The notes: a model not told the origin generated them from the letters alone. A stretch of DNA of 32,000 nucleotides from Desulfocapsa sulfexigens DSM 10523 (GCF_000341395.1 NC_020304.1:3330001-3362000), one strand, 5' to 3'; shown: positions 1 to 10,182, counted from the first letter of the stretch. Numbers and translations are program-made.

Positions 1-290
1 GCGGCATCCCGAGTTGGACCAAAAATGCGGAGTCCCTCTTTTTCAAAGGCATCGACCACACCTACGGTTAATGACATCTCAGGACCGATAACTGTTAAAT
101 CAATTTCCTGTTCTTTTGCGAAGGCTACCAGAGCATCAACGTCAGTAACGCTGATATCGACACATTCGGCCATTCTTTTTATTCCGGCATTTCCTGGGGC
201 ACAGAAAATTTTATTAACCCGTGTACTCTGGTGGATTTTCCATACCAGTGCATGCTCACGACCTCCCGATCCAACGACAAGAACCTTCAT
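1..290 (-). CDS. purD: Phosphoribosylamine--glycine ligase (PurD), N-terminal part; the gene continues beyond the left edge of the window
   Basis: Reverse-strand translation from the ATG at 290 reads MKVLVVGSGGREHALVWKIHQSTRVNKIFCAPGNAG..., the classic PurD N-terminus. GGGAG lies about 7 nt upstream. An alternative ATG is at 296. The + strand ORF 25..327 is its antisense shadow. Confidence 0.85.
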   Translation of the reverse strand, partial: MKVLVVGSGGREHALVWKIHQSTRVNKIFCAPGNAGIKRMAECVDISVTDVDALVAFAKEQEIDLTVIGPEMSLTVGVVDAFEKEGLRIFGPTRDA

Positions 291-452
291 TTTCATACTC
301 CCGATAAGTGTAAGTAGTAATCCCTAACAATTAGAGGAAAACCTATGTTTTTTTAGCTTATAAAAATAAAAACAGAATATAAGTAAATAGTTTCACTATA
401 TTAGCAAAGAGTGACAAACAGAAAAAAAATTACATACTTAAAAGACAAAAGA

Positions 453-480
453 TTGACAATTCTGACAAGACGAATACAAT
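453..480 (+). promoter_or_regulatory. Sigma-70-type promoter candidate for the TetR-family gene (TTGACA-16 nt-TACAAT)
   Basis: TTGACA at 453-458 and TACAAT at 475-480 with a 16-nt spacer, about 80 nt upstream of the ATG at 563, in an AT-rich divergent intergenic region. Confidence 0.5.
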
Positions 481-497
481 GAATGAACAACCATTCA
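480..497. promoter_or_regulatory. Inverted repeat TGAATG-N6-CATTCA, candidate TetR-type operator overlapping the predicted start site
   Basis: Perfect 6-bp arms (480-485 and 492-497) immediately after the -10 hexamer. This is the typical position for autoregulatory TetR operators. Confidence 0.35.
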
Positions 498-562
498 GTA
501 TATCCATCTTTCAAACATTTTCAAACAAGAAACTTTGATTTTAATATAACACATTCAGGCCA

Positions 563-1162
563 ATGAAAGCAGCAAATAAGCATTCTAAAATTATTCACGC
601 CGCCACCAAAGTTTTCGCAAAAAAAGGATTCTTTAATGCAAGGATATCTGATATTGCTAAAGAAGCCAAGGTTGCCGATGGTACTATCTATCTCTACTTC
701 AATAATAAATTTGACATCCTTATTTCAGTTTTTGAAGAAGAGATAGGAGCTTTGATTGAACAGGTTAAAAAACTTCTCGCTGCAGAAGACGATCCTCGAA
801 AAATGCTCGAAATATTTGCCCAAAAACACCTGACGGTTATGAAAAAAAATAAAAATCTGGCGGAAGTTATCCAGATAGAGCTGAGACAGAGTGCTAAACT
901 CATCAAAGACTATCGCAACAACAAATTCAGTGAGTATGTAAATATAATCTCTTCAATAATCAAACTTGGCCAGGAACAGAATATTTATCGCTCTTCCATT
1001 CGTCCAGGCATAGCTAAACGTGCCTTCTTTGGTGCACTCGATGAGATATCACGGATATGGACCGTTGGGGTCACAACAGAATACACCGTTGAAGAAACGA
1101 CTCAACAGGTACTTGAGATTTTTCTCTGTGGAATCCTGGAACCCGAGGCAGCCCTACGGTAA
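563..1162 (+). CDS. TetR/AcrR-family transcriptional regulator
   Basis: N-terminal HTH region KIIHAATKVFAKKGFFNARISDIAKEAKVADGTIYLYFNNKFDIL is typical TetR_N. Length is 199 aa. Confidence 0.85.
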   Translation: MKAANKHSKIIHAATKVFAKKGFFNARISDIAKEAKVADGTIYLYFNNKFDILISVFEEEIGALIEQVKKLLAAEDDPRKMLEIFAQKHLTVMKKNKNLAEVIQIELRQSAKLIKDYRNNKFSEYVNIISSIIKLGQEQNIYRSSIRPGIAKRAFFGALDEISRIWTVGVTTEYTVEETTQQVLEIFLCGILEPEAALR

Positions 1163-1251
1163 ACAGCAGAGACCATTCCCCTCTCCCCCCCATTTTCTAA
1201 TTCTTCCACCAGTACATATCATTAATACCTTCTGATAGCCTACGCAACCCA

Positions 1252-1737
1252 TCAACTGAAGGAAGAGGGACGGATAGAAATCACCTCAAATTCCCTGGTT
1301 CCTCCTGGTGTTACAGCAGTAACATCATCACCTACTTCTTTACCAAGGAGACTCTTCCCAAGTGGCGAAAAAACTGATATTGAGCCCTTCTTTACGTCAG
1401 CTTCCTCAGAGCCAAGCAACTGGTAGGTAACCTCCTCGTCAGTATCAAGATCAAGGAGTTCAACAACGGTACCAAACACTGCTCTCTCACAGGAAACTTT
1501 TGTACAATCGATCACCTCGGCACGACCAAGCTTATCCTTTAGATCCATGATCCGGCCTTCAATCATCCCCTGACGTTCCTTGGCAGCATGATATTCTGCA
1601 TTTTCTTTGAGATCGCCGTGCTCTCGTGCAATCTCAATGGCCTTAACAACAACATGCCTCTCAACGCGTTCAAGATTGTTTAATTCTTCTTTTAATGCAA
1701 TATATCCTGTTTTTGACATCGGAACGCGCATTACCAT
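1252..1737 (-). CDS. greA: Transcription elongation factor GreA
   Basis: The GDLKENAEYHAAKERQ signature and a C-terminal FKBP-like domain. The track ORF starts at 1749, but GGAG sits 6 nt before the ATG at 1737. 1731 is also possible, giving MRVPMSKTGY, which resembles the E. coli N-terminus MQAIPMTLRG. Confidence 0.9.
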   Translation of the reverse strand: MVMRVPMSKTGYIALKEELNNLERVERHVVVKAIEIAREHGDLKENAEYHAAKERQGMIEGRIMDLKDKLGRAEVIDCTKVSCERAVFGTVVELLDLDTDEEVTYQLLGSEEADVKKGSISVFSPLGKSLLGKEVGDDVTAVTPGGTREFEVISIRPSSFS

Positions 1738-1750
1738 TTCTTTCTCCATA

Positions 1751-1788
1751 TAAAAAAATAACTCCTGTAAAGTACATCTCTACAGGAG
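1751..1788 (-). terminator. Rho-independent terminator on the minus strand between the TPR/barrel gene and greA
   Basis: The minus strand reads CTCCTGTA-GAGATGTACTT-TACAGGAG, a perfect 8-bp stem (1762-1769 / 1781-1788), followed by TTATTTTTTTAT. It ends about 13 nt before the greA RBS. Confidence 0.7.
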
Positions 1789-1810
1789 TACAAGACTAAA
1801 AACACAATTT

Positions 1811-4800
1811 TTACCAGCGATAAATCACAGAGCCGACAAAACCAATATTCTGAACATCTGCTCCTGATATGTATTCAACCCTGCCATTTAATAAAAAATG
1901 ACGACTCATTTCAAGAAAAATCTGTGCTTTGACCTCATGATTATCATATCCGCCCATTTCATAGCCAAAGGAATATTCAATTGTGTAATAACTTGGTGCA
2001 CCACGCCCAAGGATATCGTCCGCTAACTGATGTTCAAAAGATAGAGTAAATAGATGCTGCCAGTACTCCCTGGGACTCCAGTACGGGTGATCTAAAACCG
2101 AAAAACCTGAAGGGTAGTTATAATCCTTAGGCCTGTTCCCTTCACCATTATGGGAATACTCGTAACCATAACGAAACTGTAACAATGTCGGCTCAGAATG
2201 GATAATGTATGAACTCCACAGCTCGTAACGATTTTGATAGTTCCCATCCGAATATTCAGTAAAGAGATAATCAGCACCACCAAAAAGACGAGGCAGCAGA
2301 TCAAGACGTACTCCTGCAACGTACCCTTTCTCATTAATACCTTTTTTCAAGGCCTCAACACTGTCTTCAACAATATTCTGTGATACTCCCAGATATCCAC
2401 GAACACCATCCCCTATTCTACCATTCACCTGAAAATCATAGAGAAATGTGTTGCTGTAATAGTCATCTGGACTGGCAACGCCCAGGGCAACTTTGAAATC
2501 CAAGTCATAAATAGGACTCCATTTCAATATTGCCTCAAGGTGATCGTGCCAGAGGTCATCCTCCACATCTAAAGATTCGCTATAGCTTCGTTTTGCATTA
2601 AACAGGATTTCATGGTTAAAGGAAGGCATAAACCATGCTTGAATTCCACCACTTCTCTGCCTGATATCATAATGTTCTTCCCGTTCATCCTTTGCATCCA
2701 TTGAAAAGAAAGGCGCTATCTGGGGGAGTCTTTTAAGACTGTTTCGTTGGCTGGCTTCATCCAGATCCGGATATCCAGGGCTTTCTTTTTTCAGTATTTC
2801 ATATAAAGCAGCCTCCTTACCAAGAAAACCGAGGCGACTGTATACACCGGCCAGGTCAAAAAGATTTTCGGCCGATTGATTCTCTTCTATTATTTCCTGA
2901 TACTCATTCATCGCCTGATAGTAGTTTCCATCAACCATTGCCTTTCTAACAGAAAGTTCGCGAATGACAATTTGCTGCCATCGATATGCCGGATAAAATT
3001 CTGTAGCTACCCTTACTTCAGGTTCTCGTATATATTTACGATAAAACTGTGGGCTCATAACGACTGTGAGACGATCAGGTTCGGCTGGATGGGTAAAAGT
3101 AATGATATTAAAAAATGTTTTTTCAGGAACAGGCAGAGTGAGTTCTATATTCATACTGGAAATCTTGTTGGAAAATTCCTGTTCGACTGGTGGGTTAACA
3201 AGGGATCCATAAAGAAGCAATGCGTCTTCAAATCTTTTATCTGCCCAGAATGAACGTGCCAGTAATAACTGCTGCCCCACAGGTAGAGAAGAAATTTCAG
3301 GAACCATCTTACGAACACTTAGACTGCTTTCGCCGCTCTTTACTGTTTTCCACACAGGAGCTAATTCTTCTATGAGATCCGTAAATTTGGCACTCTTAAA
3401 CTGTAATTCCAGATAATTCTGTTTAAAACCATACTCATTTGGATACTCGCTGGAAAGCTGCTGAAACATGCTAAGAGCACCAAAATTATCACCAAGGGAT
3501 TTCAACAGTCTCGCTTTAAGGACTCGAGCCCTAAGAGAGAGAGGATTGCTCACTAGATATTTTTCGCATACAAGCAAAGCAGTAGAAAAGGCTTTATAAT
3601 TTTCCAAAGTGTATGCAGTATCAAGATAAACAGAGGCAGGCTGGTCTTCAATAGTTCTCAGGATTGATCCATGTTGCCCTTCATTCTGTTTTTCATCGAT
3701 CAGCATGGAAAGTGTTAACAAATTCGGTTTATCATGAGTCGAATGAAGGAGTTTATCTATAATTTTCTGTGCCTTTCTGTATTCTCCATTCTGGAAATAC
3801 AGTTCTGCAACTAAGGCTTTCAGTTCTGGACACAAGGCCTCCTGGTCACCACAGTCGGCCTTATGAGTATTCAGATAATCCTCTAACAACTCAATAGCAA
3901 CTTCCGTCTGTCCTGACATCTGGAGAATCTGAATTTTCGTTAAAAAATCACGTTCCTCTCCTGATTTGTCATCTGATCGTGATTCCTTTGTATCCAGCAC
4001 CAAGTACTCATACCACTTCCAGGCATTGTCCCAATCGCGATTAAGAAGGTTGGTCTTTATTAACCGTTGCAGTATTTTCGCTGAATCATCTTCAGATATT
4101 AAACGCAACCGCAATTGCTGTTCAGCTTCAAAGTACTGGCCCTCTGATTGAAGCACCGTAATCAGTGCATCAGCTACGACCTCTTTTTCACCACTGGAGA
4201 GTTCACACATCTCTCGAAAGTTACGATAAAAGTCGCTTGCCAAGGTGAACAAGTTGTTTGCAATTAAAGCCTCACCATATAAAAAACTCCCCTTCTTAAA
4301 AACAGAACCGTTAAGAGACTTTTCAGGAAGCATGGCATAAAAGGAATGTAACAGATCTATATGACCTGTTTTGCCGGCAAGCTGCAGCCCCTTAAACAAA
4401 ACGGGATAATCATCAGGGGCCTCACCAAGGTATCTTTTGTAATAGTTAAGAGTTGAATATTCATCATTCCGCTTCTCTGCAATACTCGCACGCAGTATGA
4501 AATAGTCCTTCCCTCTTTGAAAATCAGCTTCCAAGCTATCAAGGGCCTCAATTGCCAATGAATATACGCCTTTATTGTAATAAAGACCGGCAAGCTTAAA
4601 CAAGATCTCCTGGTCTCCGGGATTATGTTCATGAATAATCTCAAGGACTTCAAGGAGTTCACTTTTTTTATCTAAAGCCTCTAACTGTTCAGCCATGGAA
4701 TAATAGACAGCAAGACGGTCGGGAATAACTTTGGCAAGATCACGCCAGAGGTTCCAGGCACCCTCATTTTCTACAATAACAAGGAGATCATTAGCAAGTA

Positions 4801-5863
4801 TTGCCTGAATCCTCTTTATTTCAGAGATAACTTCAGTGTCCCCTGGATTTCTTTTTCGATATTCATCGTAATAAAAAAGGGCTTTATCTGGACGTCCCTC
4901 ATGATAAAGAAATACCTTACCCGTCTGTAAAAAAAGTAATGGTGTCTCTTCACCATGAGCTATTCGAATAAGAAGATGAGTTAAGGCCTTATGCTCAAGA
5001 TTATTTTCAATATAGTAGGTGGAGAGTTTTTTATGAAAAGGGAGATAGAAAGGATGGAATTTCAGATATCCACGCCAGCTGGATACAAGCATTTCGTCAT
5101 TATTACTTGCCTCAAACAGGGGAATGCTTTCCAGGTAGTCGCGATCCGTGCCATCAAATTCTGTGAGTAACGTACTATAATAATTTAAAGCCTTCTCATT
5201 GTCCCCACGTTCTTTACTGAAACGAGCAAGCTGTCGAATTAAATGTTCATCGTGTGGAACCAGCAGATAGAGTTGCTCCATTAAAGGATATGCCATATCC
5301 ATTCGATCAAGTTTCTGCAAAGCGTGGATTTGAGCATTAAGCGCTTCAAGAGCCCATGGACCATCTGGAGACATTGTATAAACCTGTCCCATATATTTAG
5401 CTGCCAGTTCATAGTGTTTCTGAACCAGCGCAATTCTTCCGCCATAAACCAAATACTCAGGTGAGGCGGAGTCAATTTCAAGAAGTTTATGAATAACCTG
5501 TCCGGCCTCTTTCCACTCTCCGAGTTCCATCAATAAAATCACATACTCACGAAGAGCCTCTTCAATAAAAGGTTTCTCAACAAATAGTTTACGGTACAGG
5601 GCAACCGATTCTACATTATCTCCGTTTGATGATGCAGCTCTGGCACGTTTCCAAAGCTGCATCCATGCAGGTTCTACGGTGTCACTCTGAACCACCAGGG
5701 AAGGACCGGGGGGGGATGCCAATGAACTTTCAGATTCATCAGCAACTACAGTGAAGGGAAGCGATACTAATAGTGAGAGACAAATACACAGGACAAAGTG
5801 TCGCCCGGGAAATTTTTTCCCTGTTTTATATGAATACAATATCACAGCACGCCTACTGTGCAA
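1811..5863 (-). CDS. Very large (1350 aa) secreted TPR-repeat protein with a C-terminal outer-membrane beta-barrel-like domain (BcsC/PelB/PgaA-like architecture)
   Basis: TTG start at 5863 with GGAAAG upstream. N-terminal signal-like segment FVLCICLSLLVSLPFTVVA/DE. About 900 aa of TPR-like helical repeats (many A..Y/L..G pairs). The last roughly 350 aa are rich in alternating aromatic/polar strands and end ...GSVIYRW, the terminal aromatic typical of OMP barrels. Confidence 0.6.
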   Translation of the reverse strand: MHSRRAVILYSYKTGKKFPGRHFVLCICLSLLVSLPFTVVADESESSLASPPGPSLVVQSDTVEPAWMQLWKRARAASSNGDNVESVALYRKLFVEKPFIEEALREYVILLMELGEWKEAGQVIHKLLEIDSASPEYLVYGGRIALVQKHYELAAKYMGQVYTMSPDGPWALEALNAQIHALQKLDRMDMAYPLMEQLYLLVPHDEHLIRQLARFSKERGDNEKALNYYSTLLTEFDGTDRDYLESIPLFEASNNDEMLVSSWRGYLKFHPFYLPFHKKLSTYYIENNLEHKALTHLLIRIAHGEETPLLFLQTGKVFLYHEGRPDKALFYYDEYRKRNPGDTEVISEIKRIQAILANDLLVIVENEGAWNLWRDLAKVIPDRLAVYYSMAEQLEALDKKSELLEVLEIIHEHNPGDQEILFKLAGLYYNKGVYSLAIEALDSLEADFQRGKDYFILRASIAEKRNDEYSTLNYYKRYLGEAPDDYPVLFKGLQLAGKTGHIDLLHSFYAMLPEKSLNGSVFKKGSFLYGEALIANNLFTLASDFYRNFREMCELSSGEKEVVADALITVLQSEGQYFEAEQQLRLRLISEDDSAKILQRLIKTNLLNRDWDNAWKWYEYLVLDTKESRSDDKSGEERDFLTKIQILQMSGQTEVAIELLEDYLNTHKADCGDQEALCPELKALVAELYFQNGEYRKAQKIIDKLLHSTHDKPNLLTLSMLIDEKQNEGQHGSILRTIEDQPASVYLDTAYTLENYKAFSTALLVCEKYLVSNPLSLRARVLKARLLKSLGDNFGALSMFQQLSSEYPNEYGFKQNYLELQFKSAKFTDLIEELAPVWKTVKSGESSLSVRKMVPEISSLPVGQQLLLARSFWADKRFEDALLLYGSLVNPPVEQEFSNKISSMNIELTLPVPEKTFFNIITFTHPAEPDRLTVVMSPQFYRKYIREPEVRVATEFYPAYRWQQIVIRELSVRKAMVDGNYYQAMNEYQEIIEENQSAENLFDLAGVYSRLGFLGKEAALYEILKKESPGYPDLDEASQRNSLKRLPQIAPFFSMDAKDEREEHYDIRQRSGGIQAWFMPSFNHEILFNAKRSYSESLDVEDDLWHDHLEAILKWSPIYDLDFKVALGVASPDDYYSNTFLYDFQVNGRIGDGVRGYLGVSQNIVEDSVEALKKGINEKGYVAGVRLDLLPRLFGGADYLFTEYSDGNYQNRYELWSSYIIHSEPTLLQFRYGYEYSHNGEGNRPKDYNYPSGFSVLDHPYWSPREYWQHLFTLSFEHQLADDILGRGAPSYYTIEYSFGYEMGGYDNHEVKAQIFLEMSRHFLLNGRVEYISGADVQNIGFVGSVIYRW

Positions 5864-5892
5864 TTACTTTCCATAATGTCAAGAAAACAGTA

Positions 5893-7074
5893 TTAACCCT
5901 GGTAAAACGCGACAATCGTATCAACAATGTGTTTTTGCATTTCTTCAGTCAATTCAGGATAAATTGGAAGTGCAATGGTCGTTCTGGCTGCCTTTTCAGC
6001 ATGAGGTAAACTCGGCCTTTCGATGATTCCCTCCAGACATTCCTGTTCATGTAGGCATAGTGGATAGTATATTTCACAGCCAATATCATGAGAACGAAGC
6101 CATTTCAAAAGAGCATCTCTGTTCTCAACACGGATAACATACTGATTATAAATGTGATAGTTATGTTCAGTGCCAGAGAGGTTTGTGTCCGCGACGTTTT
6201 TGTAAACAGCCACAGGTGTTGTAAGGTTTTTATCAGTGATCAGAGTTGTCTCGGAAAACATTCTGTCATAAACGGCGGCATTTGTTCTTCTGGCTTTATG
6301 CCATTTTTCAAGATGTTTTAGCTTAATCCGCAGAACCGTTGCCTGAATTGGATCAAGCCTGAAATTTCCCCCAATCATGGCATGATAATATTTGGGATTT
6401 GCTCCGTGGTTACGGAGCATTTTGAGGAGTTTGTCAAAAGAAGAATCATTACTGACAACCATTCCTCCATCGCCAATTCCCCCGAGATTTTTGCTTGGAA
6501 AGAAGGAAAAACACCCAGCAATCCCCATGGTACCACTGCGTATCCATTCACCGGCAGAATTCGGATATTCTGCGCCGATTGCCTGTGCTGCATCCTCAAC
6601 TATTGGCACACCATATTGCTCTCCGAGTGCCATTATGGCCTCCATATCAGCACATTGGCCATAAAGATGCACCGGAATAATTGCCTTAATTGTTTTCTCA
6701 GTATCAGCTTCTAAAATCGCGGCCATGGCAACGGGATCAATATTAAAAGACTCCTCATTGATGTCAGCAAATACGGGTAATGCTCCACAACGTAAAATCA
6801 CCCCCATGGTGGCAAAAAAAGAGTAGGAGGTAGTCAAAACTCGATCACCCGGACCAATACCAAGTGCCATAAGAGCAACAAGAAGAGCGTCGGTACCACT
6901 TGATACACCAGTGGCAGTAGATACGTTGCAGTATTGAGCTATTTCCTGTTCCAGACCGAGCACCTCGGGACCCTGAATATACGTCGTCGAATCGACAACA
7001 TTTGTTACTGCAGTAATAATCTCATCACGTAACGGTAGCAGTTGGCTACCAAGATCTAATAATGGAATTTTCAT
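5893..7074 (-). CDS. DegT/DnrJ/EryC1/StrS-family PLP-dependent sugar aminotransferase
   Basis: Motifs GPEV..LEQEIAQY, SSGTDALLVAL and FSFFPSKNLGGIGDGG (PLP-lysine region). 393 aa. Confidence 0.85.
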   Translation of the reverse strand: MKIPLLDLGSQLLPLRDEIITAVTNVVDSTTYIQGPEVLGLEQEIAQYCNVSTATGVSSGTDALLVALMALGIGPGDRVLTTSYSFFATMGVILRCGALPVFADINEESFNIDPVAMAAILEADTEKTIKAIIPVHLYGQCADMEAIMALGEQYGVPIVEDAAQAIGAEYPNSAGEWIRSGTMGIAGCFSFFPSKNLGGIGDGGMVVSNDSSFDKLLKMLRNHGANPKYYHAMIGGNFRLDPIQATVLRIKLKHLEKWHKARRTNAAVYDRMFSETTLITDKNLTTPVAVYKNVADTNLSGTEHNYHIYNQYVIRVENRDALLKWLRSHDIGCEIYYPLCLHEQECLEGIIERPSLPHAEKAARTTIALPIYPELTEEMQKHIVDTIVAFYQG

Positions 7075-8054
7075 ACCTTTTGCACCATTCGTTTCCCATC
7101 GAAAAAATCTACAATATCTGGCATTTCAATTTCCAGATATTTCTTCATCTTCTTGAGCAAATTAACCTCTATTTGCCGGACACGTTCTCTCGAAATACCA
7201 AAGCGATCAGCTATCGTCTGAAGAGTCAGTGGCTCATCTGTTAGCAGTCTTTCTTCAAGAATCATCCTTTCCTTATCATTCAACTTTACCTTAAGAACCT
7301 TTAAGAGATCAGAAAGTTTCTCTTTCATCTGTTCACCGGCAACAACATCTTCGATTGCCGGTCCGTCCGATGGTATAAAACTTTTCTGTTCATCTTCAGA
7401 ATCTGAACGTACTGGACTTTCGAGGGAAACATCCCAACTGTCCATTCGCTGACTCATCTCGATAACTTCACTCTCTTTAACCTTTAATCGTTCAGCGAGA
7501 AGTTTGACCTCAGGTTTAAAACCCTGAGCCTCTAGAAGCTTTTTTTCTTTGTTCAGAGAAAAGAACAATTTGCGCTGGGCCTGAGTAGTCCCAATTTTCA
7601 CAAGACGCCAGTTATCCATGATAAACTTAAGGATATAGGCACGAATCCAATATGCTGCATAGTATGAAAACTTGACACCTCGGTAGGGATCAAACTTTTT
7701 GGTAGCCTGGACCAGGCCAACATTTCCTTCCTGTATCAGGTCCATAAAATTCTGCATCCAGTACTTTTGGAAATCCATTGCTACTTTTACCACAAGACGC
7801 AGATTAGCAGAGACCAGTCGATAAGCAGCATCCTGATTACCATCTTCCCGAAACTGAATCGCAAGCTCATCTGTCTCTTCCCTTGTAAGAAGCTCATACT
7901 GACTGATCTCCTGGAGATATCTATGAAGAGCCGGGTTGCTGACAGTTGGAAGATTAGTATCTTCGGGCATCGCTACCAGAGGATGCTCATGCGGTTTTAC
8001 TTCCCTATTTTCTTCTGAATCCTTTTTTATATCGCTTTCGTTCTTTGAGGTCAT
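7071..8054 (-). CDS. rpoH: RNA polymerase sigma-32 (RpoH-type) factor
   Basis: Sigma-70 region 2 (YAAYWIRAYI), the RpoH-box-like QRKLFFSLNKEKK and region 4.2 HTH TLQTIADRFGISRERVRQIE. The stop TGA overlaps the degT ATG (ATGA at 7071-7074). The acidic N-terminal extension makes the exact start uncertain. Confidence 0.8.
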   Translation of the reverse strand: MTSKNESDIKKDSEENREVKPHEHPLVAMPEDTNLPTVSNPALHRYLQEISQYELLTREETDELAIQFREDGNQDAAYRLVSANLRLVVKVAMDFQKYWMQNFMDLIQEGNVGLVQATKKFDPYRGVKFSYYAAYWIRAYILKFIMDNWRLVKIGTTQAQRKLFFSLNKEKKLLEAQGFKPEVKLLAERLKVKESEVIEMSQRMDSWDVSLESPVRSDSEDEQKSFIPSDGPAIEDVVAGEQMKEKLSDLLKVLKVKLNDKERMILEERLLTDEPLTLQTIADRFGISRERVRQIEVNLLKKMKKYLEIEMPDIVDFFDGKRMVQKV

Positions 8055-8385
8055 ATCCTCTATCTCGTACCACCTGCTGGCGGGTATACTGGATCACTTG
8101 ATCTAAACAGATAAATTTCCGTCACGTAATCTCGTATTATTACTACTGATACAGGAAAAGGCAATCATTATATCCCTGCAGATAGAGTCATTTTGTTGAT
8201 ATTTCTTTTACTTTACAACATGTTACTGCATTTTTAAAATCCTGTCTAATCTGTATTACAATACCTTCACATCACTTAAAGTTAACAAATTCTATTTTAT
8301 TGTTTCCTGTTTTGTGCTAGAAGGTATGATTTCTAATGATACCTGTCACATTCTTGATCATTTTCTTCCACATTCTGCAGACCTT

Positions 8386-10179
8386 ATGAATAATATACGA
8401 AACTTTTCTATCATTGCCCATATCGATCATGGCAAGTCCACCCTTGCTGACCGAATGATCCAACTCTGCCAACAAGTCAGTGTTCGCGACTTTAAGGACC
8501 AGTTACTGGATAATATGGACATTGAACGAGAACGCGGCATTACCATTAAAAGTCAGACTATCTGCCTCCCATACATAGCAAAGGACGGGAAAGAGTATAT
8601 ACTCAATCTCGTTGACACACCAGGTCACGTCGACTTCAGTTACGAAGTGTCACGTGCACTCAGTTCCTGTGAAGGAGCTTTACTTCTTGTTGATGCTGCC
8701 CAGGGAGTGGAGGCCCAGACTCTTGCCAATCTCTATCTTGCCATGGAAAATGATCTTGAGATCATTCCTGTTATCAACAAAATTGATTTACCCTCAGCAG
8801 AACCTGAAAGAGTTGCTGCCCAGATCGAAGAAGACCTGGGCCTCGAAAAGGAACTCATCCAATACTGTTCCGCAAAAACAGGTATTGGCGTGGAAGGAAT
8901 CTTCGAGGCTATTGTGGAACATATTCCAGCCCCCTCAGGAGATCCAGAGGCCCCGCTTCAAGCTTTAATTTTTGATGCCAACTATGACCCCTTCCGGGGT
9001 ACCATTATTTCTATAAAAATTGTTAATGGAACGGTTAAAGCTGGTGACATTATACGATTCATGTCCAACAATTCCGAGTATCGGGTTGAAGAAGTTGGAC
9101 TGTTCAGGTTCAAGAGAGAAGCCGTAAAAAACTTAAGTGCCGGCTCGGTTGGTTATATACTGGCTGGGGTCAAAAGAGTCAGCGACACACGCCCTGGTGA
9201 CACGATCACATTAATAAAAAATCCCTGCCCGGAACCACTCAAAGGATTCAAGGAAGTACAACAGGTTGTATTTTCATCTATCTATCCGATAGCAACGGAT
9301 GAATATGAGGATCTTGCAACGGCCCTGGAAAAATTACAGCTTAATGATGCCGCCCTTACTTTCCAAAAAGACACCTCCGTCGCTCTGGGCTTTGGATTTC
9401 GCTGTGGTTTCCTTGGGCTACTCCACCTTGAAGTTATTCAGGAACGGCTCGAACGTGAATTTGATATTTCACTGATACTGACGGTACCATCGGTCAAATA
9501 TAATTTTTATTTAAAAAATGGAACACTGCTCGAAGTCGACAACCCCGCTTATTTCCCAGACCCGATGTCCATAGACAGGGTTGAAGAGCCATACATAAAG
9601 GCTACTATTCTTATCCCTGAAAAATACATGGGATCCTTGATGACTTTATGCATGGAACGCCGCGGGGAAAACACCAACTACCATTACCCAATGCCTGGAA
9701 GAATAGAATTCACCTGCGAACTCCCTCTGGCCGAAGTAATATATGATTTCTATGACAAGCTCAAATCTATCACTCAGGGTTACGGTTCGTTTGATTACGA
9801 ACTCATCGACTACCGGAAAAGTAATCTGGTCAAATTGGATATCTTAGTGAATGGAGAGGTTGTCGATGCGCTCTCCCAACTTGCTCATCGTGACAATGCA
9901 CGGGCGCGTGGGCTTCGAGCATGTGAACGCCTCAAAGAGGAAATTCCACGACAGATGTTCAAAATTGCAATCCAGGCAGCAATTGGTGGTACCATTGTCG
10001 CCCGAACAAATATTTCAGCACTTCGAAAAGACGTAACTGCCAAATGCTATGGTGGAGATATTTCCAGAAAAAGAAAACTCCTTGAGAAACAGAAAGCCGG
10101 TAAAAAACGTATGAAAACAGTTGGTAATGTTGAGATACCACAAAAAGCTTTCCTCGCCGTATTGAAATCCGACCAATAA
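8386..10179 (+). CDS. lepA: Elongation factor 4 (LepA)
   Basis: [31 protein letters not shown] and NKIDL GTPase motifs plus a LepA C-terminal region. The track ORF begins at a GTG (8314); the ATG at 8386 gives the canonical N-terminus and about 597 aa. Confidence 0.92.
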   Translation: MNNIRNFSIIAHIDHGKSTLADRMIQLCQQVSVRDFKDQLLDNMDIERERGITIKSQTICLPYIAKDGKEYILNLVDTPGHVDFSYEVSRALSSCEGALLLVDAAQGVEAQTLANLYLAMENDLEIIPVINKIDLPSAEPERVAAQIEEDLGLEKELIQYCSAKTGIGVEGIFEAIVEHIPAPSGDPEAPLQALIFDANYDPFRGTIISIKIVNGTVKAGDIIRFMSNNSEYRVEEVGLFRFKREAVKNLSAGSVGYILAGVKRVSDTRPGDTITLIKNPCPEPLKGFKEVQQVVFSSIYPIATDEYEDLATALEKLQLNDAALTFQKDTSVALGFGFRCGFLGLLHLEVIQERLEREFDISLILTVPSVKYNFYLKNGTLLEVDNPAYFPDPMSIDRVEEPYIKATILIPEKYMGSLMTLCMERRGENTNYHYPMPGRIEFTCELPLAEVIYDFYDKLKSITQGYGSFDYELIDYRKSNLVKLDILVNGEVVDALSQLAHRDNARARGLRACERLKEEIPRQMFKIAIQAAIGGTIVARTNISALRKDVTAKCYGGDISRKRKLLEKQKAGKKRMKTVGNVEIPQKAFLAVLKSDQ

Positions 10180-10182
10180 AAT

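Noticed and set aside
25-327. 100-aa + strand ORF at the left edge
   Set aside because: It is the antisense shadow of purD. The minus-strand translation gives an unmistakable PurD N-terminus, while the + strand product is low-complexity S/T/P-rich with no RBS.
1020-1235. 71-aa + strand ORF overlapping the end of the TetR gene
   Set aside because: It is out of frame within TetR, with no RBS, and runs into the convergent greA terminus.
8314-8385. GTG-initiated 24-aa extension of lepA
   Set aside because: The canonical LepA N-terminus ([19 protein letters not shown]) starts at the ATG at 8386, and the extension has no support.
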